Notes: generated from the letters alone by a model not told the origin. 64,000 nt of DNA from a virus (IMGVR_UViG_3300031852_000001:1107-65106); one strand, 5' to 3'. Shown: positions 1 to 10,124, counted from the first letter of the stretch. Numbers and translations: made by a program.

Positions 1-5
1 ACCTG

Positions 6-257
6 GTGTTCCTGCGCGACGGTAACCGTTGCGTCATCATCAAGGCTGACGGCCGGCGCTGCTGGGACCGTGAGTTTCTTGAGTGTGACCACATCGGGGA
101 CCGCGAGGACCATAGCCTGGCCAACCTCAGGACCATCTGCAAATGGCATCATGCCAGGCGCAGCGCCTCCCAGGGAGGCACGGCCAGCGCACAGCGCAAA
201 CGCCCAATGCTCAAACGCCCCCCGGAGGTTCATCCGGGACTCATACAGAAAAGGTAA
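6..257 (+). CDS. HNH endonuclease (probably 5'-truncated by window), packaging-associated
   Basis: CDHI...NLRTICKWHH HNH motif directly upstream of terminase genes. Confidence 0.85.
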   Translation: MFLRDGNRCVIIKADGRRCWDREFLECDHIGDREDHSLANLRTICKWHHARRSASQGGTASAQRKRPMLKRPPEVHPGLIQKR

Positions 258-259
258 CC

Positions 260-682
260 ATGCCCGGCCCCGCCCCGAAGAAGGACGCGGAGCGCACCAG
301 GCGCAATGCTCCCGAATCCGGTGTAGCCCGCCATGGTCAGCTCCGACCTGTAACCATGCCCAACGCCGACCGGAAGAACTGGCACCCCCGAGCCCTGGCT
401 TGGTACGAGAGCCTGAGGACTTCTGGCCAGGCTGATTTCTATCAGGATAGCGACTGGGCCATGGCCAAGGTCACTGCGGATTATCTGACCCGCTGGTACC
501 AAAACCCGAAGGCTATGGACATGGCCAACATTCTTGCCCTCATGGGCCGATTCGGAACCACCGAAGGTGACCGCCGGCAGATCCTCCGACTGGAGCTTGA
601 GCCCCAGGTTGAAGAGGACAAGAGCGCAACCCTCATTGCCATTGATGGCTACCGGGAAGCTTTGCTCAAGAAGCAGGCGTAA
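260..682 (+). CDS. Terminase small subunit
   Basis: MPGPAPK...W...WYESLRTSGQA...SDW pattern typical of actinophage TerS; RBS AAAGGT; position. Confidence 0.8.
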   Translation: MPGPAPKKDAERTRRNAPESGVARHGQLRPVTMPNADRKNWHPRALAWYESLRTSGQADFYQDSDWAMAKVTADYLTRWYQNPKAMDMANILALMGRFGTTEGDRRQILRLELEPQVEEDKSATLIAIDGYREALLKKQA

Positions 683-738
683 CTACCCAAATACTTATCG
701 GCGTAACCGCCCTTACCTAAGAAGGGGGGTGATTCCCC

Positions 739-2444
739 ATCCCTAAGATCATTGTTGAAAAACCCGAGCTTGAGCCCTCCCCCGAGAATGCCAAGAAACT
801 TTTCCCGCCCGTGACTATCGGCCCCGTCTGGCAAACAGACGAGGAAGGTAACTGGCTGCTGCCAGAGAAAACACTTGGCTGGGAGGTACTTGGCTGGTGT
901 GCTGAGTGGCTTGTAAACCCCGAAGGTGAGCCCTGGATTTTCACGCTGGAACAAAGCAGATTCATTCTGTGGATGTACGCGCTCGATGAGCGCGGCAGGT
1001 TCAAGTACCGCAAGGCGGTACTGCAGCGTCTAAAGGGATGGGGTTGAATGGCAAAGACCCCCTTGCCGCCGCAATCTGCGTCGTTGAGTTTATCGGCCCC
1101 TGCAAATTCTCCCACTGGGACCAGGATGGCAATCCTGTTGCGAAAGCAAACCCCACCGCCTGGGTACAAATTGCAGCCGTAAACGCCGAGCAGACCAAAA
1201 ACACGATGCTCCTAATTCCGACGCTGCTGCCGCAGCGGACGCGAACGCATTTCAACCTGGAAGTGCAAAAGCAAATCATTCAGGTAAAGGGCCGGCCAGA
1301 CCAGCGAATTGAAGCAGTTTCAGCTTCATATCGTTCCATGGAAGGCAATAGGCCTTCAATGGCCATTCTTAATGAAACGCACCACTGGACTCCTTCCCGT
1401 GGTGGAGCTGATTTGTACTTTACCATTCGTAACAACGTCGATAAACAAGACGGCCGTTACCTTTGTATTACCAACGCCTACCTCCCCGGCGAAGGATCTG
1501 TAGCTGAGGAAATTCGAGAAGCTTATGATCGTGAGCGCGATGGTTTAGCTGAGGACTCAGGCTGGTTTTACTGTTCACTTGAGGCCAACGCAGCAGCCCC
1601 TCTTACAAAGGACTGGGCTCCCTTTATCGTAGACACGATCAAAGGGGATGCGGTCTGGCTAAAGACGGAAGTCATTGTCCAGTCGCTTCAGGATACCTCC
1701 GTTCCCCCGTCCCGCCAGCGGCGAATGTGGTACAACCAAATTGTTGCTTCTGAAGATTCCATCTTCAGTGAGGCCGAATTTGACGCCATTGCCCTTTGGG
1801 ATTCCGATGAGCGCGGTTTCCGCCGTGCATTCAACCTTACGCCTGGTGACTCTATCGTCGTCGGTTTCGATGGTGGCAAGAGTGATGATGCCACGGCCCT
1901 TGTGGCAATTCGCGTCAGTGACCGCATGGCATTTCCCATTCAGATATGGCAGCGCCCCGAAGGGCCGGCCGGCGACAACTGGGAAATCAACAAGCAAGAA
2001 GTGGACAGCATGGTCCACTGGCTCCATCGCGTATTCGACGTGCAGGCAATGTACTGTGACGTCGCATTGTGGGAGAGCTGGATTGAGTCCTGGTCAAATC
2101 ATTACCGCGAAACTCTCCTAGTAAAGGCGAGCCCCCGCTCAGCCATGGGCTATGACATGCGTGGAAATCTTGAAAAGACCACGCGCTTTCACGAGGCACT
2201 TATTCAAAACGTGCTGGATCGAAAGATATTCCACAATGGCGATCCCCTCCTGCGCCGACATGCCCTTCACGCTAAGCGCCGTGAGAACAAGTATGGCCTT
2301 TCTTTTGGAAAGGACAGCCGCAGCTCAGGGGAAAAGATCGATGCTTACGCTGCCTTGCTTCTGGCATTCATCGCACTAAACGAGCTGGCCGAACGTGGCA
2401 AGAAAGCCCCGGTCATTTACGACTCAACACTATTTCAGTTCTAA
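739..2444 (+). CDS. Terminase large subunit, split in two frames (739..1047 and 1038..2444); needs recoding; inferred ATC start
   Basis: N-part ends QRLKGWG-stop, C-part continues GKDPL; Walker B-like ILNETHHW; nuclease GFDGG..D..KIDA. Confidence 0.85.
1032..1055 (+). other. Candidate recoding site (GGT-TGA-AT-GGC hop, or A_AAG_GGA -1 slip)
   Basis: Removing 8 nt (1042-1049) restores KGWGKD. Confidence 0.6.
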
Positions 2445-2453
2445 GGACTATCA

Positions 2454-4010
2454 TTGACCACCCTGCATGACTACGCCCAGGCTCAGTCCGCGTACCCCCT
2501 GGTTACGGCCGAAGCTGAACCTGGCACGTACGACGCGGAGCTGGTCCAGGAAATGTATCAGACGCTCCGCAAGGACCGCGCTGACGTTTTCGATATCTGC
2601 CACAAGTACTTTATGGGCGAGCACACACAGCCCTACGCCCCGCGTGAAGCATCCGATCAGATCCGCGATCTGCAGGAACGCTCCATTACTAACTGGGTGC
2701 CCTTGCTCGTGAATCTGCCCAGCCAGGTTTCTTTTGTGGACGGTTACCGCCGTGGTTCGTTTGGTGAAACAAACGAGGCCGATGGATCCTCCAAGCCGGC
2801 AGGCGGCGTGAAGCGCTTCTCCCCGGAATATGAGTGCTGGCAGCGAAATGGTTTTGACGCGAAGCAGGCGGTAATCTACCGCGCTGCCCTACAGTACGGC
2901 CACTCCTTTGTCCACGTCAACAACACCAATGAGGATAAGAAGAAGCTCAAGCTGGAGGTTCTTTCCACCCGGAACACCATCGCTTACTTTGAGGATCCGA
3001 TCAATGACGTTATCCCCGTCAACGTCCTCACCATCAAGTCCTACCCGCGCGATGAAAACCGCCCCGGCATTGCCGTGTACTGGGATGAAATCAACCGCTA
3101 TGACCTGGAATACACCAGCGCGGAAGAGTTCGTCCTAAAGAACACCACGCCCCATGAGATGGAAGTTTGCCCGGTTGTTCGGTACACATGCTACATCGAT
3201 GATGAGGGCGCGACGTCGGGCGTTATCCGCCCGATTATTGCAATGCAGGATCGAGTAAATCAGGCCGCATTCTCCACGAATATAACCGCCGATTTTGGCG
3301 CCTTCAAAGTTAGGACTGCCGCTGGCCTGCAGGTCAATTTCAAGATCGACCCCGCGACGGGCGAACCGCTGATAGATCCTGTTACTGGCAAGCCTGTTCC
3401 GGAACCGATTGCAATCAGCCAGGCTAAGCTTTTGGTCAGCGGCAATCCTGACACAAAATTCGGACAGCTGGACGAAACTCCGCTGCAGGGATATTTGCTT
3501 GCAGAGGATCAGGCAGTGCGTAACCTGGCAGCAATTGCACAGTTCCCGCTGCACGCTCTCCTGGGAAATGTTTCCAACCTTTCCGCCGAAGCGCTCAACG
3601 CGCTTGAGGCACAATTCATGCGCTTTCTCCAGCACCTTCACACGAGCTGGGGGGATTCGCACGAGCAGCTATTCCGCATGATCTGCATTGCCCTGGGCGA
3701 TAAGGCCGGCGCTGACTCCTTTGGTGGAGAAGTTCGCTGGCGCGATATGTCCAGCAAGGCATTCGGCGCAATGCTCGATGGCCTGGCCAAGGGTGTTGAA
3801 TCCCTGGGCGTCCCGAAGCGTGCCGCCTGGTCCCTCATCCCCGGAATTACTTCCGGCCAGTTGCAGGACTGGGAGGAACTGAGGGAGGACGAAATCTCCG
3901 AGATGCAGGAACTTGGTATGGATCCGGTATCGGAGGCCAACCGTGAGCTTGGAGCCAAGCCTGCCAAGCCCGCAGCCAAGCCTGCAGCAGCCGCAAATGG
4001 CAACAAGTAA
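2454..4010 (+). CDS. Portal protein (SPP1 gp6-like)
   Basis: 518 aa after TerL; NWVPLLVN, EEEVCPVVRY-like, SAEAL motifs; TTG start with AAGGA RBS. Confidence 0.9.
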   Translation: MTTLHDYAQAQSAYPLVTAEAEPGTYDAELVQEMYQTLRKDRADVFDICHKYFMGEHTQPYAPREASDQIRDLQERSITNWVPLLVNLPSQVSFVDGYRRGSFGETNEADGSSKPAGGVKRFSPEYECWQRNGFDAKQAVIYRAALQYGHSFVHVNNTNEDKKKLKLEVLSTRNTIAYFEDPINDVIPVNVLTIKSYPRDENRPGIAVYWDEINRYDLEYTSAEEFVLKNTTPHEMEVCPVVRYTCYIDDEGATSGVIRPIIAMQDRVNQAAFSTNITADFGAFKVRTAAGLQVNFKIDPATGEPLIDPVTGKPVPEPIAISQAKLLVSGNPDTKFGQLDETPLQGYLLAEDQAVRNLAAIAQFPLHALLGNVSNLSAEALNALEAQFMRFLQHLHTSWGDSHEQLFRMICIALGDKAGADSFGGEVRWRDMSSKAFGAMLDGLAKGVESLGVPKRAAWSLIPGITSGQLQDWEELREDEISEMQELGMDPVSEANRELGAKPAKPAAKPAAAANGNK

Positions 4011-5208
4011 GGACGATGAGGTACGGGCGATTGAAGAGGCTCACAGGGCCGCACAGGCCCGCCTGGGCATAGCCGGCGCGTACCTCGCAATGTCGGAATG
4101 GGGATCCGTGAACCCGCTGAATGCCAGTGAGTCCGGATCCTCATGGGTTGCCCGCAGCCTCATCCTCATCAACGCCATTCGGCGGAAGTCGTCCAGGCTG
4201 GCAGCTACCTACGTTCGCCTGGTGCGAGCCCTGGAGACTGGCTACACGCTGGACTACCCCGAGTACTCCGACAACCCCGACACCCTCACCCTTGGTGACC
4301 TCCGGACGCAGCTCCGCGATGTGCTGCTGGAGATTGCCAACATCGATCACGAGGCAACGGATACGGACAACGAGGCTGAGGAACGTTTCGAGGCTGAGCT
4401 ACGCCGAGCGCAGCGGGATCCCGAGCCCCGCCAGGATCGGATCAACTTCTCCGTCACAGAGATTGACGATCAGATTCAGAACTGGCTGGACAATGCCGAC
4501 GACAACGACGATGACCGGGTAACGGTTGAGGACTTTGACTGGGGCTCCGACATGGAGCCTGAGCAAATTCAAGACGCCTTCCAGAAGGCGCTGACCGAAC
4601 AGGTTGTTGAAACCTACGAGAAGCAAACAAAAGCCATCTGGCGCGACGAGGAACTAACCGGCCGGCAGGCACAAGCGAAAGTCGATAAGGCTTTCAGCGC
4701 TGCCGGATCCCTGGGTGGTGGCCGCGTTGATCGTTATGGCATCTCCGGTGGGCGTGAGGTCATTGACCGAGTAATTGCAATGGACCGCAGAGTTATGGCC
4801 TGGGCGCGTGGAACGCGGCCCAACTGCTGTGCATTCTGTGCGCTCCTGGCATCCAGGGGTTGGGTCTACAAAAAGAACGCCGGCACCCTGGCTAAAGACG
4901 CTGACGGCAATTACTACCAGGGCACGAGAAATAGAACTACCCGCGCCGGCAACGAGGCCAGCGCGGATTCATTCGATGCCAACGGCATTAGGAAATATCA
5001 CGATAATTGCAAGTGCTTCCTAATTGTCCGGTGGGTCGATAATCCCGATCTTCCCGAGCAGAGCAAAACATGGGCGAAAGATTACGCAGAGAAAATCGCG
5101 CCCAATTACAGCTACGGCAACGGAACTAATAACGCCTTGAACGCCTGGCGACGGTTATTGAATGACCAGCGCCGAGCTGACGGCACCTACGTACGAAAAA
5201 ACCGATAG
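3997..5208 (+). CDS. MuF-like minor capsid / capsid maturation protein
   Basis: CAFCALLASRG and YHDNCKC motifs; between portal and scaffold. Confidence 0.7.
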   Translation: MATSKDDEVRAIEEAHRAAQARLGIAGAYLAMSEWGSVNPLNASESGSSWVARSLILINAIRRKSSRLAATYVRLVRALETGYTLDYPEYSDNPDTLTLGDLRTQLRDVLLEIANIDHEATDTDNEAEERFEAELRRAQRDPEPRQDRINFSVTEIDDQIQNWLDNADDNDDDRVTVEDFDWGSDMEPEQIQDAFQKALTEQVVETYEKQTKAIWRDEELTGRQAQAKVDKAFSAAGSLGGGRVDRYGISGGREVIDRVIAMDRRVMAWARGTRPNCCAFCALLASRGWVYKKNAGTLAKDADGNYYQGTRNRTTRAGNEASADSFDANGIRKYHDNCKCFLIVRWVDNPDLPEQSKTWAKDYAEKIAPNYSYGNGTNNALNAWRRLLNDQRRADGTYVRKNR

Positions 5209-5224
5209 TCCCAGGAGGACATGA

Positions 5225-5737
5225 ATGGCCGACACCGGCACCCCTCAGGGCCAGGAGCCCGAGTCCAAGACACCCGCAGCCGAAGAAACCAAGGGATCTG
5301 ATCCCTACGCGGGCCTACCCGCTGAGTTCAACTGGCTCAAGGATGATCTTGAATCCACTCGCCGCGAGGCCGCAAGTCGGCGCGTCGCACTGCGTGAGGC
5401 TGAAGAAAAGCTCAAGGAGGCTAAGACCCCCGAGGACATTTCCAAGGCCGTTGCAGAGGCCGCGAAGAAAAGCGAACAGCTTGAAGCGGAGCTTGCGCGT
5501 GAACGCGCAGCCCGAAAGCACAAGCTCGATGACTCCCTGATCGAGTTCCTTACAGGAACCAACGAGGAACAGATCGAGGCTCAGGCCGCAAAGCTTGCAG
5601 CACTGGCCCCGAGCGCACCGCCTGCTGCCCCCGCCCCACAGCGGCCGGCACCGCGCGGCGGCGTTACCCCGTCTGACACCACACCCCCGGACCTTGATGG
5701 CCGTGAAGCGTGGCGGAAGTTCAAGGGTCGCCGGTAA
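5225..5737 (+). CDS. Capsid scaffolding protein
   Basis: RREAASRRV coiled coil, GTNEEQIEAQAAKL, Pro-rich tail; upstream of capsid. Confidence 0.85.
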   Translation: MADTGTPQGQEPESKTPAAEETKGSDPYAGLPAEFNWLKDDLESTRREAASRRVALREAEEKLKEAKTPEDISKAVAEAAKKSEQLEAELARERAARKHKLDDSLIEFLTGTNEEQIEAQAAKLAALAPSAPPAAPAPQRPAPRGGVTPSDTTPPDLDGREAWRKFKGRR

Positions 5738-5758
5738 CCCGGTAACACCAAACCCGCT

Positions 5759-5789
5759 AGGGAATAGCAATAAGGCTATTCCCTTTTTT
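5759..5789 (+). terminator. Intrinsic terminator-like hairpin between scaffold and capsid
   Basis: AGGGAATAGC/GCTATTCCCT stem followed by T6. Confidence 0.75.
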
Positions 5790-5809
5790 CATGCCCTGAA
5801 AGGGAAATC

Positions 5810-6964
5810 ATGACATACTCCCCGAGCCTGCGCCTCAAGCCGCAGGTTCTCGTTGACGCAGCTATTGAAGCGCTCGATGAGAAGCTGGTAATTTCCAACA
5901 CTGTTACAAAGCGTGCGGACGCAAAGACATTCTACGCCGCTGCTGGTGACACAATTTCTCAGCGCGTTAAGGGCACCGTTCCGGTACGCGAATACGCCCC
6001 GCGTAATGATCGGTCCGAGCCTATCCGAACCGATACATATGAAGAGACTTCAGTGTCTCTTACGATTTCTCAGAATCGTCCCTATTCTGCAATCAAGCTT
6101 ACTGATGAGCAGAAAGATTGGGATTTTAATGGCTGGGCCCCGATCATTGATTCTCAGGTTGACGCCCTTGGCGAATACCTGGAGCACGGTGTTCTCAATT
6201 CCATCCTGAACGCTCCTTACGAGCGTCGGATCCTGATCGACAATTCCGATGCTGCATTCACTGCTGCAAAGAACCGTAACCAGGATTTGTTCTGGAACGC
6301 AATCACCGAAGCTAAAACTTCGCTCAAGAAAATGCGTACCCCGGACACAACCTTCAACTGCCTGGTCGGTCTTGACCTGGCCGACGAGCTGGTCAAGTCC
6401 AACAAGCTTGTCAAGGTTCAGGGCACGGGCGATTCCGCTCTGGCTCAGTCCTCGCTGGGCACCATTGCCGGCGTGAACTTCATCCCCTCGGTTCACATTC
6501 CGGGTGACCAGGCATTTATGTACGCCAGCTCCGGATTCCTTTGCTTCACAGGCGTTGCCTCCATCCCCAACTCCGTACCGTTCGGCGCTTCCGCGTCCGC
6601 AAACGGATGGGCTCTCCGTTGGCTGATGGATTATGACACGGCTTACCTGACCGACCGTTCGGTATTTGACACCTTCATGGGCACCGCCTACACCAAGGAC
6701 CGCCTGAAGGTTGTTGACCAGCAGGGCATCTCCCACACCGGAACTGAAGAGTTCTTCGTGCGCGGCGTCCAGCTCGGCCTCAAGGGTGGCTCGCTCGGTA
6801 CTGTCGAGCGCAAGCCCGGCGACGGCGGCACGGACACCCCCGGTGGCTCCGTCAACTCCTGGCTGTCCAAGGTCTACAACCGCACTACGATCAACAGCCC
6901 GATCCCCGCTGGCGATTCTTTCCCGCTGGGTGGTAACTACCCTGAAGTTGTCGTAGGCCCGTAG
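5810..6964 (+). CDS. Major capsid protein (P22 coat-like actinophage family)
   Basis: AGDTISQRVKG, LTDEQKDWD, WLMDYD...DRSVFDTFMG motifs; position. Confidence 0.9.
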   Translation: MTYSPSLRLKPQVLVDAAIEALDEKLVISNTVTKRADAKTFYAAAGDTISQRVKGTVPVREYAPRNDRSEPIRTDTYEETSVSLTISQNRPYSAIKLTDEQKDWDFNGWAPIIDSQVDALGEYLEHGVLNSILNAPYERRILIDNSDAAFTAAKNRNQDLFWNAITEAKTSLKKMRTPDTTFNCLVGLDLADELVKSNKLVKVQGTGDSALAQSSLGTIAGVNFIPSVHIPGDQAFMYASSGFLCFTGVASIPNSVPFGASASANGWALRWLMDYDTAYLTDRSVFDTFMGTAYTKDRLKVVDQQGISHTGTEEFFVRGVQLGLKGGSLGTVERKPGDGGTDTPGGSVNSWLSKVYNRTTINSPIPAGDSFPLGGNYPEVVVGP

Positions 6965-6967
6965 TAG

Positions 6968-7420
6968 ATGACGCCTCTCGCAACAGTTGAGCGGCTGTCG
7001 GCTCGCGTTGGCGAACCGATTACCACTCCAGAAGAAATTGCCCTCGCTGAAGAGGTGCTTGCGGAGGCTTCTGCCCTGGTTCGACACTATGGCCGCGCAT
7101 GGCCAGACCCGAGTACGACCCCTGCCGTCGCCACAGCCATTACGGTTGCGGCGGCGGCTAGGGGTTACCTCAACCCCGCTGGTTTCCAGATGGAACGGTC
7201 TGACATGGCGACGTTCAACCGTGTGGATGAGTACGCTTCCGGCTGCTCACTCACGCGGGCTGAAATTGCTGCACTGAAGGAATACAACTTGAGCGGCGGG
7301 ATTACGGCCATCGGGTTCTCCAACCCGGATCGGCCGGCCCCCACTAGCCGGCGCTTTGTCGAAACGAACTGGACACCAGTGAATGACGGCGGCGACAAGC
7401 TGTTTCCCGGATGGTACTAA
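6968..7420 (+). CDS. Head-to-tail adaptor
   Basis: LATVERLSAR...AARGYLNPAG; position. Confidence 0.75.
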   Translation: MTPLATVERLSARVGEPITTPEEIALAEEVLAEASALVRHYGRAWPDPSTTPAVATAITVAAAARGYLNPAGFQMERSDMATFNRVDEYASGCSLTRAEIAALKEYNLSGGITAIGFSNPDRPAPTSRRFVETNWTPVNDGGDKLFPGWY

Positions 7421-7771
7421 ATGCTGAGGTCACGCCTGCTTGATGCAGGTACGTCCATCATTTACGTGTACCCCGAAGTGGCCGCACGCGACAGTCGAAA
7501 CAACCTGGTCAAAGTTCCCTCCGAAACGCCTATTGAAGTTCGCGCCACGACGACTGCAGACCGCAGCTCCACCGCTGAGCTGCCCGGTCAGATCGAGGTC
7601 AGTGTCATAAAGTGCATGACCCGAGATGCCCCCGTGGGGGCATGGGCTCGCGTAGTCCACGAGGGCAGGGAATGGGACTTGGCATCACCGCCACGCTTCT
7701 CCCCCGGCCGCTCCAAGGCAACGCGGTTCGTGTCCTTTACGCTCCGATCCCGCCCCGTTGGGAAACCCTAG
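7421..7771 (+). CDS. Head-to-tail stopper
   Basis: DSRNN, WARVVHEGREWD pattern; position. Confidence 0.7.
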   Translation: MLRSRLLDAGTSIIYVYPEVAARDSRNNLVKVPSETPIEVRATTTADRSSTAELPGQIEVSVIKCMTRDAPVGAWARVVHEGREWDLASPPRFSPGRSKATRFVSFTLRSRPVGKP

Positions 7772-8082
7772 TGCCACGGATCACCTGGTATGGCCCCAAG
7801 TTTGGCCACAACTCCACGGGTGACCGAGTGTCCCACACCTTTGCTGTAGCCAAGGCTCTCAAGGAGAAGGCAAACGAGATTGGCCACCAGGCCGCTTGGA
7901 ACCTGGACACTCGCCCGAAGGAACGAACTGGGGCGTCTCAGATTCGGACCAGGCACTACCCGATCACAGACATGGACTCCTACGTCTACCTTGAGGATCT
8001 TTCCCAGGGCGACTCCCAGTATGCAGCCATGGGCATTGAGATGGAGCACCACGTTCTGCAAGACGCCGTAGACAGCGTGTAA
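7771..8082 (+). CDS. Neck / minor virion protein
   Basis: GTG overlapping upstream TAG; DSYVYLED...AMGIE pattern; synteny. Confidence 0.6.
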   Translation: MPRITWYGPKFGHNSTGDRVSHTFAVAKALKEKANEIGHQAAWNLDTRPKERTGASQIRTRHYPITDMDSYVYLEDLSQGDSQYAAMGIEMEHHVLQDAVDSV

Positions 8083-8090
8083 GGAACACC

Positions 8091-8606
8091 ATGCCCGACA
8101 TTCAAATTCCCGTCTTTGGGTCCACTGACGAGCTTCTGCTGAAGCTCCTGCAGGACTTCTTTGAGGGGCAGAACATTCACATCGGCACTCTCTACTCAGA
8201 AGAGATTGAGCCGCCCATGATTCTCGCCCGTGCGGAACGCCGCTCCGGTGGCATTGCCGACAACGTAAGCGATGAGCGTTTCCTGCATCCAGTCCTGGTA
8301 TCCATTAGCACCATTACCTCCGGTATTGACGCTGATGAGGTAGCGGAGGAATTGCAGGAGGCAGTAAGAATCTGTTTGCGCCAGGCACAGATAAACCAAA
8401 CCGTTGTCCCCAACGGTGGGGTTATAAATCGGATCACTAATGCATCTTCCCCGTCCCGAGTTTCGGATTACGCGACAAGTTCCGGGGTCGTTCAATACGC
8501 GAGTTTGCCTCGCGGGTGGGTCCGATTTGAATCAATATGGCGCCTGATTCTCCGAAGTCCGCCCCAAAATACAATCACCAATCGCTTCCTAATCCCTAAG
8601 CCCTAA
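8091..8606 (+). CDS. Tail terminator
   Basis: Position before major tail; LPRGWVRFES motif. Confidence 0.7.
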   Translation: MPDIQIPVFGSTDELLLKLLQDFFEGQNIHIGTLYSEEIEPPMILARAERRSGGIADNVSDERFLHPVLVSISTITSGIDADEVAEELQEAVRICLRQAQINQTVVPNGGVINRITNASSPSRVSDYATSSGVVQYASLPRGWVRFESIWRLILRSPPQNTITNRFLIPKP

Positions 8607-8626
8607 CGGCTTGGGGATTTTCTTTT
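8591..8626 (+). terminator. Hairpin with T-tract immediately upstream of major tail RBS
   Basis: AATCCCTAAGCC/GGCTTGGGGATT then TTCTTTT. Confidence 0.65.
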
Positions 8627-8635
8627 AGGAGAAAC

Positions 8636-9205
8636 ATGACAACGAACGATGCAGCCACCCTCAAGGTTGGTAATGCACGCTTCTACACCGCTGTTGCCGG
8701 CACTCCCCGCCCGACAACTGTGGCCACTCTGAAGGCACCGCCCGTCGCCTGGACGGAAATTGGCAACACCACTTCCGAGAATATCGTAAACCTTACTTCT
8801 GAGGGTGGTGCCGTTACTACTCTGGCATCCCTGCAGAATAAGTCTCTGCGCCAGTCTGTTGAAGCCCGCATTGAATCGCTGGGCCTTAACTTGCTCGAAT
8901 GGACGACAGAAAGCTTGACCCTGTATTACGGTGCTAATGCCCTTATTACTGAGGATGAAGCTGTTGAAGTTCCGTCCGAGCCTGTTCCCGTAGAAAAGGC
9001 ATTCCTTGCCGTTCTGTTTGACGGTGAAAAGGTCGGCGGGTTTTACTGCGAAAAGGCGTCTTACTTTAGGTCTGACGATATCGCAATTGCCGATACCAAT
9101 TCCCTCGCCGCTCTGCCGATCAAGGTTACTGCCCTGAACGCTGCAGGCAAGGATTCCGCTCTGACGGTAATCACACCCCGCGCTACGGATCCCGTAGTCG
9201 TCTAG
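8636..9205 (+). CDS. Major tail protein
   Basis: WTEIGNTT..EGG..TTLASLQNKSLR motif of L5-like tail tube proteins. Confidence 0.9.
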   Translation: MTTNDAATLKVGNARFYTAVAGTPRPTTVATLKAPPVAWTEIGNTTSENIVNLTSEGGAVTTLASLQNKSLRQSVEARIESLGLNLLEWTTESLTLYYGANALITEDEAVEVPSEPVPVEKAFLAVLFDGEKVGGFYCEKASYFRSDDIAIADTNSLAALPIKVTALNAAGKDSALTVITPRATDPVVV

Positions 9206-9207
9206 TA

Positions 9208-9250
9208 AACCCCCGTGAGGGCCAGGTGCGGACCTTGGCCCTCACGGGTT
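9208..9250 (+). terminator. Strong hairpin after major tail gene
   Basis: CCCGTGAGGGCCA/TGGCCCTCACGGG 13-bp stem. Confidence 0.7.
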
Positions 9251-9318
9251 ACCAATTCCCCGTCCGCATTAGTTGAACATTCAACGAAACCTCGAGTCCG
9301 CAAACACAAGGAGTCCGC

Positions 9319-9660
9319 ATGCCTTCCATCAAACTTTCCGATATCCAGGCCGCCGCCGATAAGAAGTACGGCGACTTTGAAATCCATCTCCCCGACGCTG
9401 GGATTATCTCTTTCGTGCCGGCACTGCGCCTGCCCAAGGAGAAGCGCCGCACACTCGCAAAGGCGTTCGACGTCGAGACGCGCGTCAAAGGTGACGAGCC
9501 CGACCTTGATCTGTACGACATTTACCAGGACGTTTTCCGCGTAAGCGCCCGCCAGGCTGACGGCTTTGAAAAGCTCAAGGCCGCTGTCGGGGACGACCCG
9601 GCAGTGTGGGAAGAACTGGCCCGCGAGTTCATGCAGGACACGGCAGCGGGGGAAGCTTAG
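9319..9660 (+). CDS. Tail assembly chaperone (short form)
   Basis: IKLSDIQAAADKKYG, ALRLPKEKR motifs; position. Confidence 0.85.
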   Translation: MPSIKLSDIQAAADKKYGDFEIHLPDAGIISFVPALRLPKEKRRTLAKAFDVETRVKGDEPDLDLYDIYQDVFRVSARQADGFEKLKAAVGDDPAVWEELAREFMQDTAAGEA

Positions 9661-10124
9661 CCCTTGGGGATTTGATCGATTCTCATGGGGAAGCCCTCTA
9701 CATCGACCTGTTGAAGTACTACAACTTTGACCTGGTTGGCTTCCTGAGGGGTGAGGTTGCGGGATCCCCGCGCCTCATCCTTACCATGATTCGCCATCTC
9801 CCTGAGGGATCCATTTACGTAGCCACTCTCCAGTCCGCCCCTGTTGAAGAGTTGGCAGAACTACTCGGCACAGAGCCGCAAGAAGAAGAGATTGATCCCA
9901 TCCAGGAACACAAGACCTGGACCATGGACAAGCTCCTTATGGCTCAGCTCATCAACTCCGTAAACATGCTGGTCCGCCACACCATTCAGTGGCAGGACGG
10001 CAAAGCTCCCGACCTTCCCGTCATTGGCCCTGCCAAGTGGAGGGGTGAGGGACCGGAGGCAACTTCATCCAAACCCGAGAGTGTTGCTGACACTCTGAAC
10101 AGAATCATGGGGCACAAGAAATAA
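9319..10124 (+). CDS. Tail assembly chaperone, -1 frameshifted long form
   Basis: Slippery G_GGG_GAA at 9648-9654; -1 frame open to 10124. Confidence 0.85.

Noticed and set aside
1039-1051. TGG-to-TGG +10 hop
   Set aside because: Lands in the wrong frame for KDPL
1038-1060. Intein or group I intron in terL
   Set aside because: Only 8 extra nt; no splicing motifs
9262-9290. TTGAACATTCAA as a second boxA
   Set aside because: Poor match; better explained as a short palindrome
9648-9654. Tail chaperone frameshift as novel
   Set aside because: Standard, well-known GGGGGAA site
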